DNA from: Nitrospirota bacterium
GTDB taxonomy: Bacteria > Nitrospirota > UBA9217
Assembly (NCBI GenBank): GCA_963790205.1
Contig: CAWBNQ010000001.1
Location: 960,001-1,024,000, forward strand
Length of the DNA stretch: 64,000 nt
Reading direction: 5' to 3'
A program made the translations under genes and the position numbers. Below, piece by piece: positions 28,009 to 38,209 of the stretch. The first letter of the stretch is position 1. Each line of letters opens with the position of its first letter. The notes beneath the pieces were generated by a model. It did not search any database, was not told the origin of the DNA, and saw only the letters and a list, made by a program, of their open reading frames with translations.

Positions 28009-28215
28009 GTGAAAAGAATGATCATCCGTTACCCAAGAACCGCTGACAAAGATGGGCCTGGGAAAGAGAAAAAAAACGGGGAACATCACACGGGACATCA
28101 AGGAGAGGCAGGCAACGACGCCTGCAGGTGCAAGGAGGTCTCGAAAATGACGCCCCGGCAGCTTCTCGGGACCATGTTCAGCGACCTGGCTTTCTGGAAG
28201 AAATCGAAAAAGTAA
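28009..28215 (+). CDS. Small hypothetical protein
   Basis: 68-aa ORF, GAGG at the GTG start, amphipathic C-terminus 'MTPRQLLGTMFSDLAFWKKSKK'. Confidence 0.4.
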   Translation: MKRMIIRYPRTADKDGPGKEKKNGEHHTGHQGEAGNDACRCKEVSKMTPRQLLGTMFSDLAFWKKSKK

Positions 28216-28225
28216 CCAATTAATT

Positions 28226-28299
28226 CGTCATGCCCGTGAAAACGGGCATCCAGCAAAAGAAACCGGAAACCCTGGGTTCCCGCTTTCGCGGGAATGACG
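28226..28299. repeat. REP/dRS3-like palindromic element
   Basis: CGTCATGCCCGTGAAAACGGGCATCCAG...CTGGGTTCCCGCTTTCGCGGGAATGACG. Confidence 0.75.
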
Positions 28300-28313
28300 G
28301 GAGGGAAGAAGCA

Positions 28314-28910
28314 ATGGGTGAGAAACAGGTATTCCAGCCTCTTACGAGGGAAGATACAATAACGGTCGTGCTCTACCGCATAGGTATTATTCTGTCCGCT
28401 GTTATCATGATCGGGTTGGCGTTTGTCCTGGCAACTGCATCTTCCAGCTCCGGCACGCCGCTCTATGCGGATATTCTCCTGTACGGCCTCTATGCATCCG
28501 TCGGGATGAGCGTATTCTTCATCCATCTGTACATCGGCAAATTCAAAAGTTTCCTGAAAAACCTGTATTACATCGGCCTTGTCTGTTTTGCCGTACTCCT
28601 CTTCATGGGGAAGGGATCACCCGCGGCCGCGCTCCTTCGCGAACCCTCCGGCGCGCTGTTCCTCCTGCCGCTTTCCGGATGCCTCGGATTCGTGACCGCG
28701 AAAGAGGCCTTCTGCTTTCAGCTCTTCGAGGGATATCTCCTGGCCATGATCATGCCGATCTACCTGCTGCTGGTCTCCGGCAGCATCCTCACTCGCGCGG
28801 GCGTGTCCTCCGGTCTGGTCCTGATCGCCGTCATGCTCGTCGTCTTCACGCTGCGAAAAGCATTCATGCCCCTCGCTTTTGATATCGGCGACAAATCCGC
28901 GTATCGCTAG
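28314..28910 (+). CDS. DUF2301-like integral membrane protein
   Basis: 'VVLYRIGI', 'FIHLYI', 'TAKEAFCF', 'DIGDKSAY'. Confidence 0.75.
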   Translation: MGEKQVFQPLTREDTITVVLYRIGIILSAVIMIGLAFVLATASSSSGTPLYADILLYGLYASVGMSVFFIHLYIGKFKSFLKNLYYIGLVCFAVLLFMGKGSPAAALLREPSGALFLLPLSGCLGFVTAKEAFCFQLFEGYLLAMIMPIYLLLVSGSILTRAGVSSGLVLIAVMLVVFTLRKAFMPLAFDIGDKSAYR

Positions 28911-29296
28911 AACAGCAAGCTTGAGTATTGCTATTTGCCTTTCAATCGCCCTAAGAACCTCTTGAACTCTTCCCGATCGTGCGTTACGTGTGCAAGAATA
29001 TTCACCAACCGAGCGATTGTATAACGGAAAAATTCATAGACCCGGTCAAGGCCTGGAAGATCTCTGGCCTGCCGAACCCCGGCGAGGAAGTGATCATGTT
29101 CAAGGCCTGGGAGCCGCTCGGGTATTGACATACGATCTGCCGCTTAAGCTTCCCCCATTTCCACGCAATTAACCTATCCTTTACATTTCAATCGATTTGT
29201 AATATCCTCGTCGTTGGCGCCTCATTGTTGAAGCGCTGTTTTTGCGAGTTTTAAGGCAATTACTAGAATAACCCGTTTCAATAGAAAGATAACTTA

Positions 29297-31717
29297 ATGG
29301 CGATCAAGAAAAGCGAACTCTACAGTTCCCTCTGGGCAAGCTGTGACGAGTTGCGCGGCGGCATGGATGCCAGCCAGTACAAGGACTACGTCCTGGTGCT
29401 GTTGTTCATCAAATATGTTAGCGACAAGTACGCTGGTCAGCCCTACGCGCCGATCACCATTCCCAAGGGTGCGAGCTTCAAAGATATGGTGGCCTTCAAG
29501 GGCAAGAGCGACATCGGCGACAAAATCAACAAGAAGATCATCGGCCCGCTGGCCAATGCAAACAAACTATCCGATATGCCGGATTTTAACGACGTTAACA
29601 AACTCGGCAGCGGCAAAGAGATGGTGGACCGGCTCACCAACCTCATTGCCATCTTCGAGAACAAGGCGCTCGACTTCTCGATGAACCGCGCAGACGGCGA
29701 CGACATCCTGGGCGACGCCTATGAATACCTCATGCGCCACTTCGCCACCGAGAGCGGCAAGAGCAAGGGCCAGTTCTACACCCCGGCAGAGGTCAGCCGC
29801 ATCATGGCGCAGATCAGCGGCATCAAGAGCGCAAAGACCAGCGCCCGCACTACCGTCTATGACCCCACCTGCGGCTCGGGCTCATTGCTCCTCAAGGTGG
29901 GCGACGAGGCCGGCACTCCGGTCACGCTCTACGGGCAGGAGAAGGATGCCGCCACCAGCGGCCTCGCGCGGATGAACATGATTCTGCACAACAACCCGAC
30001 CGCCCTGATCAAGCAGGGCAACACGCTGGCCAATCCGCTTTTTACAAATGATGACGGCCAGCTCAAGACCTTCGACTACGTTGTCGCCAATCCGCCGTTC
30101 TCCGACAAACGCTGGAGCACCGGCATCGATCCGCTTAACGACCCGCACGAGCGCTTCCAGTCCTTTGGCACGCCGCCCGCCAAGCAGGGCGATTACGCCT
30201 ACCTGCTGCACATCGTCCGCTCGCTCAAGAGCACCGGCAAGGGCGCGTGCATTCTGCCGCACGGCGTGCTGTTCCGCGGCAACGCCGAAGCGGACATTCG
30301 CAAGAACCTCATCCGTAAGGGGTACATCAAGGGCATCATCGGTTTGCCCGCCAATCTCTTTTACGGCACCGGCATTCCCGCCTGCATCGTCGTCATCGAC
30401 AAACAGGATTCCCAGGCCCGCAAGGGTATCTTCATGATCGACGCCAGCGCAGGCTTTATGAAGGACGGCCCCAAGAATCGTTTGCGCAGCCAGGATATCC
30501 ACAGGATCGTCGATGTGTTCAACCGCCAGCTCGAGGCGCCCCACTTTGCGCGCATGGTCGGCGTTGCCGAGATTGAGAAGAACGAATTCAATCTCAACTT
30601 GCCGCGCTACATCGACAGCCAGACACCAGAGGATATTCAGGACATCGCCGGCCATTTGCAAGGCGGAATTCCTTCTGCCGATGTGGAGGCGCTGGCGCCT
30701 TACTGGGCGGTCTGCCCCGCGCTCAAGGCCGGCTTGTTCAAGAATAACCGCAAGGGCTACCTCAACCTCAAGGTGGACAAGGCGACTATAAAGACCACCA
30801 TTTACGAACACCCGGAGTTCGCCGACTTCATCACCAAAATGAACGCGCACTTCGCCGCGTGGCGCAAAAAGAGCGCTGCCACGCTTAAAACGCTCAAGGC
30901 CGGTTTCCACCCCAAGGAACTGATCATCACGCTGTCGGAGGGGCTTCTTGCCCACTATGCAGATAAACCGCTCATCGACGCCTATGACGTCTACCAACAC
31001 CTCATGGATTACTGGGCGGAAACCATGCAGGACGACGCGTACCTCATCGCTGTCGATGGATGGAAGGCGACAACTTACCGGGTGATCGAAACCAAGAAGG
31101 GCAAGGACGGAAAACCCGGCAAAGAAGTGGACAAGGGCTGGGCCTGCGACCTCGTACCCAAGCCCCTCATCGTTGCGCGCTACTATGCCAAGGAGCAGGC
31201 TGCCATCGACCAACTCACCGTTGATCTGGACAGCGTCATTGCCAAGCTCGTTGAGCTGGAGGAAGAACAAGGCGGTGAGGAGGGTGCGTTCTCGGAGCTC
31301 GACAAGGTGAACAAGGCGAGCATCACTGCAAGGCTGAGAGAGATTGATCTGACGGAGCAGGCTAATGGGACGGAACGGAAGGCGCTGCAGGAATGGCTGC
31401 AACTGAGCAACGAAGAAGCTGACCTCAAGAAGCGCCTGAAAGACGCCGAGGCCGCGCTCGATGCCAGGGCGCTCGCGCACTACCCCAAGCTCACGGAGGC
31501 CGAGGTCAAGACGCTGGCGGTGGACGACAAATGGCTCGCCGCACTCGATGCCGCCATCCACGGCGAGATGGACCGCGTGAGCCAGCAGCTCACGACGCGC
31601 GTGAAGGAACTGGCCGAGCGCTACGAGACGCCGCTGCCACAGGTGACGAGCCGTGTGGCTGAGCTGGAAAAAAGAGTGAACCGCCACCTGGCGAAGATGG
31701 GGTTCTCATGGAAGTGA
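29297..31717 (+). CDS. hsdM: Type I restriction-modification methyltransferase subunit
   Basis: 'LWASCDELRGGMDASQYKDY', 'GQFYTP', 'YDPTCGSGSLL', 'NPPF'. Confidence 0.97.
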   Translation: MAIKKSELYSSLWASCDELRGGMDASQYKDYVLVLLFIKYVSDKYAGQPYAPITIPKGASFKDMVAFKGKSDIGDKINKKIIGPLANANKLSDMPDFNDVNKLGSGKEMVDRLTNLIAIFENKALDFSMNRADGDDILGDAYEYLMRHFATESGKSKGQFYTPAEVSRIMAQISGIKSAKTSARTTVYDPTCGSGSLLLKVGDEAGTPVTLYGQEKDAATSGLARMNMILHNNPTALIKQGNTLANPLFTNDDGQLKTFDYVVANPPFSDKRWSTGIDPLNDPHERFQSFGTPPAKQGDYAYLLHIVRSLKSTGKGACILPHGVLFRGNAEADIRKNLIRKGYIKGIIGLPANLFYGTGIPACIVVIDKQDSQARKGIFMIDASAGFMKDGPKNRLRSQDIHRIVDVFNRQLEAPHFARMVGVAEIEKNEFNLNLPRYIDSQTPEDIQDIAGHLQGGIPSADVEALAPYWAVCPALKAGLFKNNRKGYLNLKVDKATIKTTIYEHPEFADFITKMNAHFAAWRKKSAATLKTLKAGFHPKELIITLSEGLLAHYADKPLIDAYDVYQHLMDYWAETMQDDAYLIAVDGWKATTYRVIETKKGKDGKPGKEVDKGWACDLVPKPLIVARYYAKEQAAIDQLTVDLDSVIAKLVELEEEQGGEEGAFSELDKVNKASITARLREIDLTEQANGTERKALQEWLQLSNEEADLKKRLKDAEAALDARALAHYPKLTEAEVKTLAVDDKWLAALDAAIHGEMDRVSQQLTTRVKELAERYETPLPQVTSRVAELEKRVNRHLAKMGFSWK

Positions 31718-32919
31718 AGCGCGGATATAAGCAGACCGAGGTTGGGGTGATTCCGGAGGATTGGGAGGCTGTTGCTGTTGGCAGTCTCGCCTCTTTCACT
31801 TCCGGTAGCGGTATCAGTGTGGCGGCTCTCCGTCGCGAGTCTTCTGACGCTCCCGTGCCCGTCTTCGGTGGCAACGGTATTGCTGGGTACACGACCAGGT
31901 TCACCGTAAGGGAACCGATTGTTGTTGTGGGGCGTGTTGGTCAAAAGTGCGGAGAGGTGTACCTTACCACCGGACCAGCGTGGATTACCGATAATGCGCT
32001 CTACCCCCGAACGCTGTCTCGGTCGCTTGATGTCCGATTTCTTGCTTTAGCGCTAAAGGCCGCAGGATTGAACGATGTCAAGAACCGAAACGATCTGCCA
32101 CTGGTCACGCAATCCATTCTCCATGCGGTGCGCATCGCATGGCCCTCGAATATCGCTGAACAACGCACCATTGCCGAGGCGCTTTCCGATGCGGATGCCC
32201 TCATCGAATCCCTGGAGCAACTCCTCGTCAAGAAGCGCCACCTCAAACAAGGCGCCATGCAGGAACTGCTCACCGGCAACAAGCGCTTGCCGGGGTTCAG
32301 CGGGGAGTGGGAGGTGAAGCGGTTGGGGGTGGTTGGTAATTGCCTGCGAGGCGTAACGTATAAAGGTGACAGAGACCTCTCACCATACGACACGCCACAT
32401 ACGAAACGTCTACTTCGCTCAAACAACGTTCAAAACGCCACAATTGTGGTCACGGACATTCAATTCGTGAATGACGCACGGGTGTCTGAGAACCAGTTGC
32501 TCAGAGACGAAGACATTCTCATCTGCATGGCTAATGGAAGTAAGGCTCTGGTAGGCAAAGCAGGATTGTTTAAGGTGAGTGATGGCTACGAATATACATT
32601 TGGGGCGTTTATGGGTTGTTTCCGTTCCAATTCCGTAGAGTCCAATTCTACGTTCGTCTTTTTCCTGTTTCAGACAGGGCGCTACCGAAACTACATCAAT
32701 AATCTGCTTGCCGGTTCCAGCATCAACAACCTTAGCCCGAGTAGCATCGAGTCTCTTGAGTTTCCAATTCCAGCACATCCCGAACAAACCGCCATCGCCG
32801 CCATTCTCTCCGACATGGACGCCGAGCTTGCCGCGCTGGAAACCAAGCTTGCCAAGGCCCGCAAGGTTAAGCAGGGCATGATGCAGGAATTGTTGACCGG
32901 GAGAATTCGGCTGGTATGA
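31708..32919 (+). CDS. hsdS: Type I R-M specificity subunit
   Basis: Two TRDs separated by repeated 'EQxxIAxxLSD...KQGxMQELLTG' helices. Confidence 0.95.
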   Translation: MEVKRGYKQTEVGVIPEDWEAVAVGSLASFTSGSGISVAALRRESSDAPVPVFGGNGIAGYTTRFTVREPIVVVGRVGQKCGEVYLTTGPAWITDNALYPRTLSRSLDVRFLALALKAAGLNDVKNRNDLPLVTQSILHAVRIAWPSNIAEQRTIAEALSDADALIESLEQLLVKKRHLKQGAMQELLTGNKRLPGFSGEWEVKRLGVVGNCLRGVTYKGDRDLSPYDTPHTKRLLRSNNVQNATIVVTDIQFVNDARVSENQLLRDEDILICMANGSKALVGKAGLFKVSDGYEYTFGAFMGCFRSNSVESNSTFVFFLFQTGRYRNYINNLLAGSSINNLSPSSIESLEFPIPAHPEQTAIAAILSDMDAELAALETKLAKARKVKQGMMQELLTGRIRLV

Positions 32920-33773
32920 GCGAAAAGAAACCTGACGGAGCGGACGGCGTGCATAGGACTGAGCGGCCTGATCAGCAGGATCAGACGGATCGGACGGGAG
33001 CACTTGCCCGCCCGAGAAGAATCCGTCCGAGCGGCGGGTACCGGAAGCTGCGCTCCTTTCAGACCACCACGGTGATCTACGACGCCACAGTGTCGTTCTG
33101 CGAACGGTTCATGGACAAGCGTTCGCGCACGGTCGACCAGATGGTGCAGGCGGCGCGGAGCGGGCGGCAGAACATCGCCGAGGGCAGCCGGGCGACAGCG
33201 ACCTCTTCGCAGACCGAGCTGCGGCTGATCAATGTCGCCCGGGCCAGCCTTGACGAACTGCTGTTGGACTTCGAGGATTTTCTCCGTCAGCGCGGGCTGC
33301 GGCAATGGGGCAAGGACGATCCGGAGGCGCGGGAAGTGCGGGCGGTGGGTCAAAAGAAAGATCGGTCGGATCAGGCGGATCGGACGGATGGTGAGGCTTA
33401 CTCTCGCTGGCTTGCCGGCAAAGACCCGGCAGTGGTCGCGAACACGGTCATCTGCCTGATCCACCAGGCCAATTATCTGCTGGACCAGCAGATCGCCGGA
33501 CTGGAGCGGCAGTTTGTCGAGGGCGGCGGCTACAGCGAACAATTGGCAAAGGCGAGGATTGAGAAGCGGGAAAAAGATCGGACCGATCCGACGGATAGAA
33601 AAGCCTTAGTCTGCCCGCTCTGCGGGAAGTTGATGGCCCTGCGGACCGCCCGGAAGGGCAAGAGCGTTGGCTCGCAGTTCTGGGGCTGCACGGGTTACCC
33701 GGAGTGCAAAGGGACTATGAGATTGGACGGATCAGGCCGATCTGACCGATCGGACGGAGAAAAGCATGCATGA
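32916..33773 (+). CDS. Four-helix-bundle (Avd/IVP-like) protein with suffix domain and C4 zinc ribbon
   Basis: 'GGYRKLRSFQ', 'QMVQAARSGRQNIAEGS', 'VARASLDELLLDFEDFL', 'CPLCG...FWGCTGYPEC'. Confidence 0.85.
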   Translation: MSEKKPDGADGVHRTERPDQQDQTDRTGALARPRRIRPSGGYRKLRSFQTTTVIYDATVSFCERFMDKRSRTVDQMVQAARSGRQNIAEGSRATATSSQTELRLINVARASLDELLLDFEDFLRQRGLRQWGKDDPEAREVRAVGQKKDRSDQADRTDGEAYSRWLAGKDPAVVANTVICLIHQANYLLDQQIAGLERQFVEGGGYSEQLAKARIEKREKDRTDPTDRKALVCPLCGKLMALRTARKGKSVGSQFWGCTGYPECKGTMRLDGSGRSDRSDGEKHA

Positions 33774-36700
33774 TGTCGGCAAACCCGAGCGCGCTACGCA
33801 GAACCGCATCATCGCTCTTTTTCGCGATGAGCTGGGCTATCGCTATCTTGGCGACTGGACGGACCGCGAAGGCAACAGCAACGTCGAGGAAGCGCTGCTC
33901 ACGGCCTGCCTGAACAAGCACGGCTACACGCCGGCGCAGATCAGCGTGGCTTTGCACAAGCTGCGCACTGAGGCGGGCCATCACAGCCGCACTCTCTACG
34001 GCAACAATCAGGCGGTTTACAGCCTGCTGCGCTACGGCGTGCCGGTGAAGATAGAGGCGGGCAAGGTCACGGAAACGGTCCACCTCATCAATTGGGGCGA
34101 ACCGGAGAAGAACGACTTCGCCATTGCCGAAGAAGTGACGCTCCAGGGCAACCAGGAGCGGCGGCCGGACCTCGTCCTGTATGTGAACGGCATTGCCGTC
34201 GGCGTACTGGAGCTGAAGAACAGCCGCGTCACCATCGGCGACGGCATCCGGCAATTGCTCTCCAACCAGCAGAAAGAGTTCAACGAGTGGTTCTTCTCAA
34301 CCGTCCAGATCATTTTCGCGGGAAACGATTCGGAGGGGCTGCAATACGGCGCCATCGGCACACCGGAGAAGATGTTCCTCAAGTGGAAAGAGGATGAGCA
34401 GGACAACACCGGCTTCAAGCTCGATAAGTACCTGCGGAAGATCTGCTCCAAGTCGCGGCTCATCGAGTTGATGCACGACTTTGTGCTGTTCGATGGCGGC
34501 ATGAAAAAATTGCCGCGCGTGCACCAGTACTTCGGCATCAAGGCTGCGCAGGAGCATGTGCATCAGAAAAAGGGCGGTATCATCTGGCACACCCAAGGCA
34601 GCGGCAAGAGCATCGTGATGGTGCTGCTCGCCAAGTGGATCCTTGAAAATAATCCGCATGCCCGCGTCGCTATCATAACCGACCGCGACGAGCTCGACAA
34701 ACAGATCGAACGCGTCTTCACCGAGGCGGGCGAGCCGATTAAGCGCACGAGCAGCGGGCGCGACCTGATGAAACAGCTTGGCCAGACCACACCGCGCCTT
34801 TTGTGCTCGCTGGTGCACAAGTTCGGGCGCAAGGACGTGGACGACTTCGAAGCCTTCATCAAGGAGCTGCAAGCGCGGCCCAGTCCAACGGTGGGCGAGG
34901 TGTTCGTTTTCGTGGACGAATGCCACCGCACGCAGAGCGGCAAACTGCACCGGGTGATGAAAGCGATGATGCCTAATGCGGTATTCATCGGATTCACCGG
35001 TACGCCGCTTTTGCTGCAGGACAAAGCAACGAGCCTTGAAGTGTTCGGCAGATACATCCATACCTACAAGTTCAGCGAGGGCGTGGAAGACGGAGTCGTG
35101 CTGGACCTCGTTTATGAGGCGCGGGACATCGACCAGCAGCTCGGTTCCAAAGAAAAGATCGACGCTTGGTTCGAGGCCAAGACCAAAGGCCTCAACGACT
35201 GGCAGAAAGATGAACTGAAGAAAAAATGGGGCACCATGCAGAGCGTGCTCAGCTCCAAGGCGCGCATGGACCGGGTGGTCGCCGACATTGTCTTCGATTT
35301 CAGCGTGAAGCCGCGCTTGTCGAGCGAGCGAGGCAACGCCATCCTTGTGGCCTCCAGCATCTACGAGGCCTGCAAGTATTTCGCTCTGTTCCAGAAGACG
35401 CCGTTCAAAAACAAGTGCGCGGTGGTTACGTCTTACAACCCGCTAGCGAGCGACGTGACGCTTGAGGAGACGGGGGCCAACTCCGAGACCGATAAGCAGT
35501 TTATCTATAGCACCTACACCGAGCTGCTGAAGGATGTCGATGCCAAACCGGGAATGTCGAAAACAGAGACCTACGAGGACCGGGCCAAGGCGCTGTTCAC
35601 CAAGGAACCAATGAACATGAAACTCCTGGTGGTGGTGGACAAGCTCCTCACCGGCTTCGACGCGCCGCCTTGCACCTACCTTTACATAGACAAGTCGATG
35701 CAGGACCACGGCCTTTTCCAGGCTATTTGCCGCGTAAACCGGCTCGATGGCGAGGATAAGGATTTCGGCTTCATCGTAGACTACAAGGACCTGTTCAAGA
35801 AGCTTGTGAACGAAAAGGGGACCGGCGCCTTGCAGGTTTACTCCTCGGAGCTGGACCACAGCGCCGGCGGGGTCGCCCCGGAGGTGCTGATGCAGGATCG
35901 CCTTCATAAGGGCAGGGAGCGCCTTGACACTGCCATTGAAGCGCTTGTCCTGCTCTGTGAATCGGTCAAGCCGCCTAAGGGCGAGCTGGAGCATATCCAC
36001 TACTTCTGCGGCAACACGGAGATCCCCACCGATCTGGAGCAGCGTGAGCCGCAGCGCGCCGCGCTCTACAAGGCGACAGTCGCGCTGGTGCGAGCCTACG
36101 CAAACATCGCTGACGATCTGGAGCCTGCAGGCTACGGCAGTGTCGACATCGGCCGTATCAAGAAACAGCTCGAACACTACCTGAACGTACGCGAGATCAT
36201 CCGCAAGGCGAGCGGCGAGACGCTCGACCTTAAAGCCTACGAGGCCGATATGCGGCACTTGATCGACACCTACATCGAGGCCGCCGAACCGAGGAAGATT
36301 TCGCCTTTCGACAACATGGGCCTGCTGGAGCTGATCGTAAAGACCGGCATAGCCGATGCCATTGCCCGGCAACTCGGCGGACTGAAAGGCAATAAGAACG
36401 CCATCGCCGAGACCATCGAGAACAATGTCCGCAGCAAGATTATCAAGGAACACCTGAGCGATCCCGCATTCTATGAGAAGATGTCGGCGCAGTTGCAGGA
36501 AATTATCGAGCTGCGGAAGGCCAAGGCAATCGAATATGAGGAATATCTGAGGCGCATCGCTGAATTGGCGAAGAGGGTGGGGGCCGGGCATGCCGGGGAT
36601 ATACCTGATCAGCTAAAGAACAGTCCAGCCCTCCGTGCGCTTTACAACAATTTGAAAGTAACTGGTGGATTGGCTGCAAAGGCTGAGCGAGCGGCAGAAG

Positions 36701-36906
36701 CGTCAGCTGAGGGGATGGTATCGAAAGATCCGCTGTTGGTGTTGGCGCTAAAGATCGATGAAGTTGTTAAACGGGACCGCCCGGACGGCTGGCGAGGCGT
36801 TCAGGCCCGTGAGCAGGTTATCAAACAGTCATTGTATAATATATTGGAAGATGTGGCCGAGGTTGAGCGTATCTTCCTGATTGTCAAAGCGCAGGGCGAA
36901 TATTGA
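33766..36906 (+). CDS. hsdR: Type I restriction endonuclease subunit R
   Basis: 'RPDLVLYVNG..ELK', 'WHTQGSGKS', 'DECHR', 'FTGTP', 'LLTGFDAP', 'QAICRVNR'. Confidence 0.97.
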   Translation: MHDVGKPERATQNRIIALFRDELGYRYLGDWTDREGNSNVEEALLTACLNKHGYTPAQISVALHKLRTEAGHHSRTLYGNNQAVYSLLRYGVPVKIEAGKVTETVHLINWGEPEKNDFAIAEEVTLQGNQERRPDLVLYVNGIAVGVLELKNSRVTIGDGIRQLLSNQQKEFNEWFFSTVQIIFAGNDSEGLQYGAIGTPEKMFLKWKEDEQDNTGFKLDKYLRKICSKSRLIELMHDFVLFDGGMKKLPRVHQYFGIKAAQEHVHQKKGGIIWHTQGSGKSIVMVLLAKWILENNPHARVAIITDRDELDKQIERVFTEAGEPIKRTSSGRDLMKQLGQTTPRLLCSLVHKFGRKDVDDFEAFIKELQARPSPTVGEVFVFVDECHRTQSGKLHRVMKAMMPNAVFIGFTGTPLLLQDKATSLEVFGRYIHTYKFSEGVEDGVVLDLVYEARDIDQQLGSKEKIDAWFEAKTKGLNDWQKDELKKKWGTMQSVLSSKARMDRVVADIVFDFSVKPRLSSERGNAILVASSIYEACKYFALFQKTPFKNKCAVVTSYNPLASDVTLEETGANSETDKQFIYSTYTELLKDVDAKPGMSKTETYEDRAKALFTKEPMNMKLLVVVDKLLTGFDAPPCTYLYIDKSMQDHGLFQAICRVNRLDGEDKDFGFIVDYKDLFKKLVNEKGTGALQVYSSELDHSAGGVAPEVLMQDRLHKGRERLDTAIEALVLLCESVKPPKGELEHIHYFCGNTEIPTDLEQREPQRAALYKATVALVRAYANIADDLEPAGYGSVDIGRIKKQLEHYLNVREIIRKASGETLDLKAYEADMRHLIDTYIEAAEPRKISPFDNMGLLELIVKTGIADAIARQLGGLKGNKNAIAETIENNVRSKIIKEHLSDPAFYEKMSAQLQEIIELRKAKAIEYEEYLRRIAELAKRVGAGHAGDIPDQLKNSPALRALYNNLKVTGGLAAKAERAAEASAEGMVSKDPLLVLALKIDEVVKRDRPDGWRGVQAREQVIKQSLYNILEDVAEVERIFLIVKAQGEY

Positions 36907-37622
36907 TGGCGACGAAGCTTCAGCTTGGTGACATAGCGGTGGATGTGGTGCTGAAGGACATCAAGAACATCCATCTCAGCGTTAACCCCCCAACAGGCCG
37001 GGTGCGGATTTCCGCGCCATCACGCATGAGCCTCGACACGATCCGGGTGTTCGCCATTTCCAAGCTTGACTGGATCAGACAACAGCAGCGGAAGCTCCGC
37101 GAGCAGGAACGAGAAACGCCCCGCGAATATCTAGACAGGGAGAGCCATTATGTCTGGGGAAAGCGTTATCTGCTCAAGGTGATTGAATGGGATGAGGCGC
37201 CCGCGGTAGAACTCAAACACAGGCAAATACACTTGCGAGTCCGTCCGCGCAGCAGTGACGAAAAGAAGCAGGCCATTGTCGAAGAATGGTATCGCATGCA
37301 GATCAAGCAGACTGTGCCCAAGCTGATTGCCAAGTGGGAGCCGCTCCTTCGCGTGAAGGTAGCGCGGTTCTTTGTCCAAAAGATGAAAACGAAATGGGGA
37401 AGCTGCAGCCCCGAGGCAAAGAGTATCCGTCTCAATACTGACCTGGCAAAAAAACCGCCAGAATGTCTTGAATACATTGTTGCGCATGAGATGATTCATT
37501 TGCTGGAGCCGACGCATAATAGCCGCTTCATGACTTTGATGGAGCAGTTTATGCCTAATGGGCGGTTTTACCGCGCCGAGTTAAATAGATTGCCGGTTAG
37601 GCACGAGGATTGGCATTATTGA
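36906..37622 (+). CDS. M48/YgjP-like zinc metallopeptidase commonly following hsdR
   Basis: 'MKTKWGSC', 'EYIVAHEMIHLLEPTHNSRF'. Confidence 0.9.
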   Translation: MATKLQLGDIAVDVVLKDIKNIHLSVNPPTGRVRISAPSRMSLDTIRVFAISKLDWIRQQQRKLREQERETPREYLDRESHYVWGKRYLLKVIEWDEAPAVELKHRQIHLRVRPRSSDEKKQAIVEEWYRMQIKQTVPKLIAKWEPLLRVKVARFFVQKMKTKWGSCSPEAKSIRLNTDLAKKPPECLEYIVAHEMIHLLEPTHNSRFMTLMEQFMPNGRFYRAELNRLPVRHEDWHY

Positions 37623-37816
37623 AAAATCAGGGTCCACAGCGGGGCTGATGACAAGAGGCTATATCTTGGGGCCAAGTTTATAATCGTAGATTTTGTCTTT
37701 TCGCGGGAGATTGCGGGGGACCTGGGGTCACGCGGAGGGGCGTTTCGTTGTCCCTGACGTAGTTATCGCGTGCATGACCTGGCGCATAGGGAGTTGATGA
37801 AAGGCAGAGAAGCATG

Positions 37817-38209
37817 CTAAGGCTTGCCGACAGGCTCCGGCTTATCTTTTTTCTTATTTGCCAGTTCCATAAAGGAAATGGTGGGCAGCATCATTGGCGA
37901 CCAGGGGCCGCGACCCATGAGGGTCAGCAAAAACTCTCGCGCTGCGCTGTAGAGGATCGATGAGCCCGTTACTCTGACCATGTCGGCCGCGGGTATCGTC
38001 GTCATGGATGGATCAACGTCAAAGAACCCCACCAGTATTAAAGATATGTCATAGGGGAGAGGCCGCTCGTCGAGCGGCTCCGTTTTAATATCGAGCGTGA
38101 CCTGAAATTTATGCGGATTTTCCTTATGCGTTCCGTCCCGCGTACAATCGTTTTGCGCACTAGGTCGATTTCCGGGGGACCGCGGGTTTCTTTTCCTTTT
38201 TGGCGGCAT
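37817..38209 (-). pseudogene. SecB-like chaperone, apparently N-terminally truncated
   Basis: 'FQVTLDIKTE..PYDISLILVGFF', 'GSSILYSAAREFLLTLMGRGPWSPMMLPTISF'; no in-frame start downstream of the antitoxin stop. Confidence 0.6.

Noticed and set aside
29882..31687. Long antisense ORFs (601 aa here; also 26332-27936, 46793-48085, 52891-54456, 60156-61643)
   Set aside because: Shadow frames opposite well-supported genes, expected from GC-rich codon bias; no recognisable motifs
31708..32919. Phase-variable hsdS shufflon
   Set aside because: Only one hsdS, with no silent TRD cassette or recombinase; internal repeats are the normal conserved helices
32934..33758. CRISPR array or DGR template/variable repeat
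   Set aside because: Repeats are 9-mer, tandem and degenerate without spacers; no cas or reverse transcriptase gene is in the window
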